A stretch of 64,000 nt of DNA, from the NCBI GenBank assembly GCA_000708835.1, contig DF236996.1, positions 30,397-94,396 on the forward strand, given 5' to 3'. This DNA is from Klebsormidium nitens. Lineage: Eukaryota; Plantae; Klebsormidiophyceae. A model generated the notes under the pieces. The model saw only the letters and a program-made list of their open reading frames with translations. It searched no databases and had not been told where the DNA came from. Both the position numbers and the translations under genes were made by a program. The stretch's first letter is position 1; every line of letters starts with the position of its first letter. Of this stretch, positions 10,786 through 22,700 are shown piece after piece.

Positions 10786-13700
10786 TCAAACGGGCCCCTT
10801 CTTCTGTATGTTCACGAGCGAGTAATACGCGCCCCCCTCGCCCTTGGCGATTAGCTGGTCGTGCGAGCCCTGCTCCACGATCGCGCCCTCTTGCACCACC
10901 GCGATGACGTCAGCGTGACGCACGGTCGAGAGGCGGTGCGCGATAACTAGAGTGGTGCGCCCGACCATCAGCCGGTCCAGCGCCTCCTGCACCACGCGCT
11001 CCGACTCGGTGTCCAGCGCCGACGTCGCTTCGTCCTGCATCGAAATTGAACGGTTTCACAGCGTGATTGCGAGGCAAGCATTCGACGGGTTGGTTAAATC
11101 TCAGTGGCAGGGTCCTATCAGCGAATGTGGCGCCGCCTGCACCTCGCGCTCTGGATCCGTGACCATCGCCGAGGTCGCTTCGTCCAGCATCGAATCGAAG
11201 TGGGTCAGGGCTTCATTGTCGGACACAGACTCGACGCGTCACACGGACTACGAAGGCGCAATTGTTAATCTGGTGGTCAAGGGCGGAGATCGTCCTGAAA
11301 GTAATGATCGCCGAAACGCAGCACACACTTGTGACGCAGACAGGTTCAGCGTTTTACGGTCGGGTGCGCCCGGTTGGATTCTCCTTTCCGCAGGGAGACA
11401 AAATGGCCCCAACTGGGATTCAGCGAAGCACAGGCCCTGACAAGAACCATTTGCCGGTCAGAGATACCGAGCCTTTCGCTTTGTTCAACGTCAAAGCACT
11501 TCGAGGCAAGAGTTGCACCCCAGTACCGACAACTCCCATTCTTCCATTCCAGCGATAGCGCGGGAGACGTCGCAAATGATTCTGATCAGAAATGCACGTG
11601 AACCGCAATCCCAAAACTCCAACATCTTTCCCCACAACCATCACACTAAACCGCGCGCTCTCGAATCCTCACCAGCAGCAGGATGCGCGGGCTTTTGATG
11701 GCCGTTCGCGCGATAGTGATGCGCTGCTTCTGCCCGCCTATACTCTTTTTGACAAAAGCACTACCACACAAGCAAAAAAAATTCAATCACTTTACAGAAC
11801 GCTGGAAACATACCGCGCGCATTCGAGTCCTTACCAGCAGCAGAATGCGCGGGCTCTTGATGGCCGCGCGCGCAATGGCAATGCGCTGCTTCTGGCCGCC
11901 GGACAGCTGGACGCCCTTCTCGCCCACGTGGGTGTCGTACCCGTCCGGGAGCGCGCTGATAAAGTTGTGCGCATTGGCCGCGCGCGCGGCCTCCACGATT
12001 TCGGCCTCGCTCGCATTGGCTTTGCCGTACAAAATATTGGACTTAATGGTGCCAGAGAAGAGTGTGGGCTCCTGAGAACAACGGAAACGGAAACGGATCA
12101 GAACGGACGGAACGGAGGAAGTTGTGCGCTTGGCTGCGCGCGCGGCCTCAAAGATCTCGGCCTCGCTCGCGTCGGCCTTGCCGTTCAGAATGTTGGACGG
12201 GGTTCTGGAGAAGAGCGTCGCCCCATGGAATGACGGAAACACGGTAACGGACCGGAACGGAAAGCAGAACGGAAGACCCAGCACGCGGCAAAACAACCGG
12301 CGTCAGCTTGGATGCGGAATTCGAATTGGATGTCGATTTCATTGGGGAAGATGACGAACAACAGCGAGGACATAGAAGGACAGATTTTCAAGCGTACTCA
12401 AGAGCAAGGGTCTCAACTGGGATTGGCCCGACGTGAACAAATAGAAAGGACTCCAATCTCTTGGCTCTGATCCTGTCAGCAGCCCCGCATGAAACTTTCC
12501 TCGCAAAAGAAACCTTTTCTGGCAGTACTGATTGCCTGGACAGACCCGATTTTGCGCACAAGTACATCAGCGCGACTCCGCCACGGTTGGGAAACATACG
12601 ATAACCTTCTCTGAACCCGTTCCCTCTTCTTTTTCGCGACTGAGGGAAGGACGCGACGAACAGATTGAATGGGCAAGAGACAGAAGAACCAGGAACCGGA
12701 CAACCAGTTGAGAATAGTCAAACGCCTCACCTGCGAGACGAGGCCGATCTGAGAGCGCAGCGTCTTCAGGTGGAGGGAGGTAATGTCCTTTCCGTCGATC
12801 AGGATCTGGACGGAAGACGGAACGGAACGGGTCAGTTGTGACCAAGCATTGGGTCTCGGATCCTGTCTTTGACCACAGAGCCACCGATGCGGAGTACGCA
12901 CTTCAGTTGACTGCTTAATGTGCAGCACTTATTCAAGAACAGGGTTCAAAGTTAGCGTGTGCCGGCGACTGACCCGTCCGCTGGCGGGCGCGTAGAACCG
13001 TTGGATGAGCGATATGATGGTGCTCTTGCCGGACCCGCTCTGCCCCACAAGCGCCACCGTCAGGCCGGGCTTCACCTTCAGGCTGAAGTTCTTGAAGATA
13101 ACCACGTCCGGCCGCGTTGGGTAACTGCGCGGTTTGAATAGTTGCGTTTTCAGCAGAGAGAGTGTGAGAACTGTTTCAGTGGATTCGTTGACGTCGGTTA
13201 TCAAGGTATGAGTGCCTTTTCTTGTGGTGCCTCTGGCCGCGTCACTCAAGTGCATTATAAATGTTGAACGGAGAAGATTAGGGCTGCAAGGATTCAGTCT
13301 CCCAGCTTGACAGCCTAGTGTCGCGATATCTTCAAGCAGAATCTCTTAGAAATACGGTTCTCCGACTAAGTCGAGCTGAGCAAAAGCGAAGGAAAGATTG
13401 GGAAGTAACAAAGGAAAAGGGCGGGACCTCACCACAGGTAATTAAAATCGGATTAAGCTATCATAATGTGTTGCAGATAGAGACAAACATGTGACAAGTG
13501 CTTGTAGGTGCATGTGTCGACGTGCAGGCTTTTTTGAGCAGCCCGCATTATGAAGATGGAAAAATTACCAGGCCAAAAACGCCTGGGGAGTGGTGAGGAA
13601 TTCTTTGGTGAATGGTTTGGGCTCATGACAAGCTACCAGAATGCTGACCTGAACGTGACGTCACGCAACTCGATCGCGCCCTCCAGCTTCTCCAGTTTGT

Positions 13701-16700
13701 TGTTAGCGTTCGCATCCGCATCGATCTCCGTCCGCCGGTCCACAACCTGCGACGGTGCCACGTGGCGTCATCTGATTGGCGAAACCCAATTGGTCATTCG
13801 CAGTCCTTTACATTGTAAGCTGAGGGGATCCACCTACATGCATTCGCTCGGACCCTTCGGGGGAATGGTGAAAACAAGTTGCAACGAGGTCTCGTCGAAT
13901 TTACATGCAAGATTACGATTTCTCTACTGCAACCGCTCCATCTCTTTGGAGGGATTGGGCGCGCAAGCGGCTATGATGGGCGAACCTGCAGCACCCCACC
14001 ATACCAGAAAAGGTCGCCGGGAAACGAGACCAGCAAAAGGTTGGAAGCGATTCTAAAGCAAAATTCTGTTCTTGAGGCGATCAGGTGACCTATTTTCAAG
14101 AAAGTGGTTTAAGATTCCTCTTTCTCAAACACGGACTTAGGTCGCGGCCGCCTCCCTCTGCGAACTCTCGTGCAACTTCAAAAGCGAAGTCTCTTTTCGT
14201 AGAAATCAGATAAACCCACTTTCAACTCAATGATCTTTGGAAACCTGATATTGTACAAGGACCCAGTTGCCGTGCCTTCTTTCCGACGTGATGCTTAAGA
14301 CCGAGCGCTTAGTAGAATCTTCCACAGCCGATCAAACGATCGATGCTTTCAAAGCCTTACCTCAAAAACACGGGCTCAGTCGCCGTGCCTCCCTTTGCCA
14401 CGTCGCGTGCGATAGCCTTGAAACCAAGCCCAATAGTATATGTGTCCCCCTTTCACAGCAGCAAATCAAGTGAACTAAATGCTGATAGGAAGCTGTCGTT
14501 CCTCGAACCCTTACCTCGAAGACGGACTCGGTCGCCGTGCCTCCCTTTGCGACGTCGGGCGCGAGAGGCTTGGAACCAAGCTCAAAAGTATACGCTTCGA
14601 CCTTTCACAGCAGCCAAACAGGTTGATTGAAGCTGGACCAAAGCTGTCATTTCCCCCCCCCCAAAAAAGGGGAAACAAAAGAAAAAACCCTTACCTCAAA
14701 CACGGACTCTGTCGCCGTGCCTCCCTTCGCCACGTCGGGCGCGAGGCTGGCCGCCTCGGCGACCCCAAAGCCGACGCTTACGATGACGAGGAAGACTTTG
14801 AGCACGTCGGAGAACTTGGCTCCGTCGTTCTTCACGAGCTCGGTTCCGTACCAAAGGGCCAGCGCCCACGACCTGGATTGCAAATGTTAAGATTACGACA
14901 CTAAATGCTTGTCAGTTTCAGTCGTAGAATACCTAGAATGACCTGTAGAGGATTTTGTGTATCGAGGGTGTCGTCAAATTCCTGTTGGATTGACGCGCAA
15001 AGCGAAGAATCAAGCCAGGCGAGTTGTATTTCACGCGATTCGATACTCAACTCGACCCGGAGTCAGAGTTCTTGCAAGCTCGGGCCCCTAAAATACAGGT
15101 TCAACATGTGGCAGCGCCATTCTGCGAATTCACGGGATTCGACAATACGCTGTACTCCCGGGCCTTCTGTGGAGGTATCGAACACCCCGTCGAAAACAAC
15201 TTGTTGTCGCCGCCTTTAAAGAGGGCGTCGGAGGACCGGTCCTACCTCAGCGACCAGAGTGCCCCGCATCAAGGCCCGCTTGGTCGCCGAAGGCCATTTT
15301 CAAGATGCAATCTGAGCCGTCAGATGAATTCATCCCTTAGGACTCAGATGCACGAGTGTTCCTTGAAGTCTGACGCCCTCTTTCAAGGGGCCGAGAAGTT
15401 ACGTTAACGTATAGAGGAAAAATAGAGAGAAATGACACTCGGGCGTAGGAGAAGAAACGAGAGAACTGACACTCACGTGTAGAAGAAGACTTGAAAAAGT
15501 TGACACTCACGCGTAGAGGAATCATTGAGAGAGTTGACACTCACGTCTAGAGGAAAAAATAAAAAGGTTGACACTCACGCGTAGAGGAAGAATGAGGAGA
15601 GTCCGAGGCCGAGCCCGCTGGTCTGGCCGCGCCGGAAGGACAGCTTCCGCGGTACCTCTAGTTTCTCGTTGAACAAAGCCAGCACCTTGTCCTCGGCGGA
15701 AAATGCGGACACCGTCCGAATGTTGCCCACGGCACCCGCCGCAACCTGCACCGGGCAAATCCGGACGGCTTTTACTTTCGATTGATGCTTCCAAAGTGGA
15801 AGTAAGGTAATTTTCAATTGTAGGCTGGACGTCTCTTCCTCCTGGTTCATGTATGTCGAGTCAGTGTGTCGGATCCTCAGGCTGAACCATTACGGGCGGT
15901 ATTCGAATCCTTGAACCTGCACGTATGTCTGCTGAAGGGCTTACCAGATAGAATCAAAAGTGCACCAAAGCTTCATAAACCAAAGGGGACAACGGGAGCA
16001 CAAAGCTGAAAAAGAGGTAGAAGATTCCGTCGATTCAGGCCGGAGAAACTCACGGGCTCCAGTCCTCGGAAACAAGCTACGGAGACATGAGCTACATTCA
16101 TCGTGAATGGAAGACGTCGCACTCATTCTGGAGAACCAAGTTTCGCTTCTCAAAGGTTTGACCGCCGCCAGAGATAAACGGAATGAGAAAGGGGGGGGAA
16201 TTTGGGGATCACCAAAGTCCTCGAACCGAACACATCGAGGCGCTTTCCTAGGCATTCGCGATCTGTTCCGCGAAATCCCCGAGCACCAACCGAAGCGAAC
16301 CATAACAAAACGTAACTTAACACAACTGATCCAGAACAGTGAAAACTATGGCCAGGATGCTTATGAAGAACGCACTTGCGAGGCGCCCTCTTGGGCATTC
16401 GCGTTCTGATCCGAGAAATCTCGGAGCACCAAGTGAACCATGATCCGAAACTAAGCGGATACACCGATTCACATCACGTGGAACAAGAACAAACATTCTT
16501 TGACGAACGCACCTGCGAGGCGCCCTCTTGGGCCTTTGCGTTCTGGTCCGAGAACCCGCGCAGCACGACGTTTTCCATGACAGCCCCAGCCGTCAGCAGC
16601 GGGAACGTCGCGAGCATAACTAGAGCGAGCTTCCACTCGAGCACGAGCCCGATGATGATGCTCGCCAGGATCCCCGTCAACGCTTGGACGATGAGATACA

Positions 16701-19700
16701 TCCGATCGCCGACGACCGCGCGGACGTACGTTGCGTCCGTCCCAACGCGGGCCGCCAGAGCACCTGCGTAAGGATTGAAGTCTACGTCAGCAGGATTGGG
16801 GTTACCGTCAACAGACGTCCAGGGTTGCAAAATCAGGATTTAGGACTCGGCTTCGAGGGATTTGAAGACTTTCGTGAGGAACAGAACAGGGCCGCCTTTG
16901 ATGTATGTAAGAGACGATGCGGTCATGCGACAGTCTTAATGCGGCATTACAGGACGACGTGCGATCGGAGGTGCTGCTCGTTTCTCCATTATTTTCTATC
17001 CGCATTGGAAAATTGCACTGAGCGCGGGTCCAGGGACATTTCTATCCAGGAACATTTTTTCACCTGGCGAGTTCTCGTCGCGGTCAAAGAAGGCAACCTC
17101 CTGGCGCAGCAGCGTCTTGAGCATCAGGGCGCGCACGCGCTTCGTCAGCGCCTCGCCGACCGCCCTGCATTCGTCACGCCGACGTCAAGCAATTAATTCC
17201 GGGCGTCACATCGAAGAGCAGGCGCTTATGAGTGCAAGCCACATGCCGCTCTCTCGTCCTCTAACTTCGACACTGGGAGAAGAGGAGACGTCTACGGATC
17301 ATTTCTCGGATCCGCAACAAATGCAATCACAATGATCAAGTAAAGGTCAACGCAGAAGTAACACTCCAGCAACTGTCCTAGTACGACGAAAGTGAAGCTG
17401 AAAGTTTGTGGATTCTCAGGTGAAACAGACAGCTAAGAACTAGCAGGCACGACATTTAAAATTCCGTGAAGTCTGTGATCTTCGACCACGGACGACTGCC
17501 CCAAGGAAACCAAACAACCAAGTAAAGAGAGGCGGGAGCAGCACTTTCGTTCACTCTTTCTTCCGCTTGGAAGAACGGAAGAACGGAACAACGGAGCGGA
17601 TCAGCGGAGCTCACCCGTAGCAAAAGTGTTCGGTCAGATAGGCCACCATCGCCCCACCGCCGAGGCCGATGAAGATGTAGCAGTACCTCTTGACGTCATC
17701 CTTCATCTCTTCAATGTCCGTGTTGTAATATACTGACGTCACCTGCGCAGAAGTCCCAAAAAGAGCTAAGGTCTCGTTTTTCCAACCTGTGAAGGGTCAA
17801 AATGCTGAACGTTTGCCTGAGGGCTTGACTCGAACAAGTTGCAATCTCCGCAAGCAAGCGCGGCGTTTTGTGCCTTTCTAGGTACAGTGCTCTGTGGTCC
17901 CTAAGGCTTGACTGTAGTTTGTGTTTATGATCTGTTCCCAACGAATCACCAGTCCAAGGCTGTGGATATCGGCGCCAGAGACCTTTTGACGCTGACATTT
18001 TGAAGCTACCAAAGATCGTGACAAGGACCGTCGACTTTGGATAGAGTGCTGGTATAAGCATTCCTCCGGCTGCAGTCCTACTTCAAAAGCCCTTCTGCAT
18101 TTTCACGGACGAACAACCTCGCCCACAGAATTCCAACACCCTCTCCCACACTATTTCAACAGGGATGCAATCACCGAAAGAGCCAACCAGCGCCCGCCAC
18201 GTGTCGTCTCACCGTGGACACGATCAACGCCCAAAACGGGTTCACCAGCCCCGCCGCAACCGCCCCAATTGTGCCCAATAGCATATACGGCCACTCCGGC
18301 TTATTGAGCGCCAGCAGCCGCCAGAAAGAAGGCCGGGGCGCTTTTCCGGCGATTTTCTGGTCCGTGTCCCCGGCTTCCTCGTCGCCCAAACCGCTCTTCT
18401 GCATGCCCAGTCCGCTCCGCTGCATGCTCAGCCCGCTACGCTGCTGGCCGAGTCCGCTCCGCTGCTGACCGAGACCGGAACGTTGGGCGGAAAGCCCGGA
18501 GCCCTGTTTCTTGAAGCTCTTGATGGGGGAATCGAGACCGGGGGGGCCGTCGAGTGGCTCTTCTTCGACGTAGTCCTCTCGAATTTCCTGCGAGAAAGAA
18601 ATCGGGAAAGAATGAGTGAGGTCCCCCAGGAACAGGGACCAGAAAATGAGAATCCCCTGCAAGGTAGAGACTGGGAAAGAAGAAGCGGGATCTCTTGAAA
18701 GGTAGACATCGGGTTCAGTAATCGGTCGCAGGTCAAATTGGCGGGCGCCTGCTAATGTCGTGAGCGCAGGAGCGTCTATATCGCGACTCCCTTAGGGAGT
18801 GGGCTAAAAGCAACAAAAGCAATCACGGCCTTGCCAAGGGACCTTTCCCTTATGCTGTTCCAGCCTCCAGAAAGCTACTGTCCTGCTGATTATCCACAAA
18901 GCAGAAAGATGGTTTAATGTCGGAGACGATATGAGCACACTTGAAAAGAACTGCACAACCGGCCCTCCTGGAGTGCTTGTTTCTGCTTGGGTTGCACAAC
19001 AAAGACACATCAGTTTATCCTCAGCCGTAATTGCGAAAAGAGAAGTGAAAGGACAAGGGACTGACCTGCAGCTTCACGAGCGACGCATACGCGCCCCCGC
19101 GCACGATGAGGTCATTGTGCGCGCCCTGCTCCACGATCTCGCCCTTCTGCACCACCGCGATGACGTCAGCGTCGCGGATCGTGGACAGGCGGTGCGCAAT
19201 GACCACCGTCGTGCGGCCGACCATCAACCGGTCCAACGCCTCCTGAACCACATGCTCGCTCTCCGAGTCGAGCGCGCTCGTTGCTTCGTCTGCAAAAAAG
19301 CAGTGTGGGGTTTTTAAGTTCATTCTAGGTAGAATAGATCCAAGGATCTGCGTTCAAAGTTGCCAGCGACAAAAACACGCAGTGCGGCCGACCATCAGCC
19401 GGTCCAGCGCCTCCTGGACCACGTGCTCGCTCTCCGAGTCGAGCGCGCTAGTCGCCTCATCTGCAATTTGAGAGATTTGAGGGTTAGGGTTAGGGTTTCG
19501 ATTCAGATTCGATATACTTCAATCTTGTTTTTTTCTTTTCCTATTTTTTCTTTCCTCTTTTTTCTCTTTGTTCTTGGGAGTTGTAAGTGAAAGGCGTGTG
19601 CGAATGCAGTGCGGCCGACCATCAGCCGGTGAGAGTTTCCTGAACCACGTGCTCGCTCTCAAAGTCGAGCGCGCTTGTTGCCTCGTCTGCAGATTGGCGG

Positions 19701-22700
19701 TTTTAAGTTTTCACCTTCAAATTGTTCCAGAGTATTCCTGATCATAATGGTCAAAATCGGCGCGCATAATGCAATTGTGGTGCTGCCAGAGGCCTTCCAG
19801 CGTTGCCTGGGCCACGTGCTCCCTCCCCAAATTTAGAGCGCTCGCTCTTTTCTAGTCCAAATAGCTTCGTCTGCAAGAAGTACGTTGTCCATCGGTGTGC
19901 TTTTCCAGGGTCGGCCCTTTGCTTTGGAACGAGTCGAGCTTTGAGAACGTGTAACATCCATCGCGACGGGTTTGGCTCTAGATCGATTTTGCGCCCCTCA
20001 CACTCTTTCTGGGCGGAGCCTCTCCTTGACTTCTGAGCGACTTTACTCGTCAAGTGCTAGCTCTCTTTTGAGCCTCGCAATATAACATTCCAAGGCTTCG
20101 GAAGAGGGCTTATGTTTGTGCACAAATTGCTCATCCATAGCAGGATACGTCTGATAGTCAAACCACTGCGCAAGACGCTCCTACCTAGCAAAAGGATCTT
20201 GGGCTGCTTTAGGATGGCTCGTGCGATCGCCACGCGTTGCTTTTGCCCGCCGGACAGCTGGACACCCCGGTCGCCCACCTGCGTCCGAGAACTGTAGCGT
20301 TAAACCATGTCGGGTTTATAATCAGATTTAGATTTAAAATCACCCCGCCGGACAACTGAACGCCCCGGTCGCCCACCTGCGTCCGAACGGCGAAAACTTT
20401 AGGGATAAATTATTTCGGGTTTTGACCTACAATTGGGTTCTAGACCACGCGTTGCTTCTGCCGAAGCAACGCCCGCCGGACAGTTGTACGTCGCAGTTGC
20501 CCACCTGCGCACAAAGCGTCCGAGGATGTTAGGTTTAGGTTTAGCGTTAGGTTTGGAGACAGGCTTAACTCAGAACCAAGCACTGCTTGTGCCGGCCGGA
20601 CAGCTGGACGCCATGGTCGCCCACCCGCGGACAAGCGTTCAGGAGTCCTGGACACCGTATAGGTAAACGCATATCTGCATCCTTGACGCCTTATAATTGA
20701 CTCTAAAAATTTAGCGACTTGGGCAGGCCCGAGCGTGATCCTTAAAAACCCCTTGTGAGCTTCCATCGGTGCTCGATATCTTTCTGAACTTTTCGGCATG
20801 ACAGACAAGAGTTTCTGCTGAAATTCAAGGCCAGTACAGTCATGTCTTGTGCATCATTCCGGTTTGGACTATGAGCCGGCGCTCACCACGTAACCTGCGC
20901 TCAAGATAGAACGCCAAAAAGCTGTGATTGGTGTTCATAAGAATTCGCCTCAAAAAGTCCCTCGCTATTCGTTCCAATCAACCTTGTATAAGTTAACAAA
21001 CAGATAGCATAGTTGTTACACCTTTCCCCCATTTTTCGGTCCTTGAAGCGTCTATTTCGTGCACCTTTCTCCACTTCGTTGTCCGCTGTGAGTCGTGGAC
21101 TTCATGAGCAAAACTGCAGACAATATGAAATGCACGTTAGACCCACCTGCGTATCGTAACCCTGAGGCAGACTTGAGATGAAGCTGTGGGCGTTAGCCGC
21201 CCTGGCAGCGTTCTCAACTTCCTCTTGCGTGGCGTTCTCCTTGCCGTACAGGATATTCTCTTTGATGCTCGTCGCAAACAGGGCGGGCTCCTGGCTCACG
21301 AGCCTGCAAAGATGTAGGGAAGGATCTGCTGACGTCAGCAAAGGCACTGCACGCTGACGTCACATCCAAAGGTGGCTCTGTTGACGGACAGAATGTACTC
21401 CTGGATTACCAGCCTGCTGTGACGGAGAATGACGCGCTGGCGTCAGCAGGAGTGCAAAAGGTGACCATGCTGACGTCACATCCAAAAGGGGTTCTGTTGA
21501 CGGACAGACTGTTACTCCTTGATGCTTGTTGCAAACAGGGCCTGCTCCTGGCCCGTAATACTGGGAGGCGGCAGCAGAGAGTAATAACTTCAGCAGGAAT
21601 CAAACGCCGCTGACGTCAGGAAGCATTCTCCGTGCCCTGAAAGATGCTCTCTTCAACGTCGTTGCAAACAAGGCCAGCCAGCCTGCAGATGCTCAGTGAA
21701 CAAGCGAACCCCCTGACGTCAGGGGGGAATCAACTTGATGGAACTTGAAAAAAAAAAGCCGTGGCACGTGTGTCCATGGTATTTGAACGAACATTGGGAT
21801 TATCCCGTCCGTCTCCTTCAAAGCAACCTGCCACGCCCTCTGCGCTGGACGTCACAGATCAGCGCCTAGACCTCTACTGCCGACATAGCCACTCCACGCA
21901 ACTGAAGATTGTGGCCGTTGATGAAATCGTTCAACATACTATAACACCAACAGCACACAGCCCCCAATGCGAAGCTTTTCGCGCCATTCTGCTGACGTCA
22001 CCCGGATCGACGCCTATAACCTCACCCATACTGCTGACGTAGCCACTTGAGCTGGAGCGACTTGATGTTGTGCCCGTCCAGGAAGATGCCGCCCCCAGTC
22101 GGATCGTAGAAGCGCTCCAACAGCTGGATGACCGTCGATTTCCCGGATCCGGAGGAGCCCACGAGCGCCACGTGGCGCCCAGCGGGGATGGCCAGGCTGA
22201 AGCGCTGGAAGATGGGCACGTCGGGGCGGGCTGCAGGAAAGAAAAGAAACGGTTCTCGATATGGTGAATCAGGTCAAACCGCGCTGTGACTGTTTTCAAA
22301 GCTGGCCTCTTGACACCAGTGTGAGTTTCTACCTGTTACAGATCTTGGGCCGTTCAAATGCCCGTTCGAAGTTTGAAAACGGCCCAGATCGAGATGAAGT
22401 ACGCGTGAGGGGTCCGCATATATGCAAAGGGTTGTTGCACAATTGTGAGACACCAAAGCTCTCTTTGCTCACTCTGAAACCATTTCGACCGGATTGGAAG
22501 ATCTCCACAGTGGGGTAGGAAGAAGTCGGTCCTGTATCAGTCAGCGATTACTACGAAAGACTACCTTACGTTTTGCCAGACCCCAAGAGTGACTTGCCAC
22601 TTTATTCTCGCAGATTCCCTTCGGTTGTGATCTGCTTCTACAATCTAATTTGTATGTGGTAGTTTCATGCATACGAGCTCTTTCCATCTAGAATGATGCA

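Noticed and set aside
15410-15595. CRISPR-like array (34-bp period)
   Set aside because: The units are contiguous with no unique spacers, derive from an exon-intron junction, lie in a eukaryotic intron, and have no cas genes nearby.
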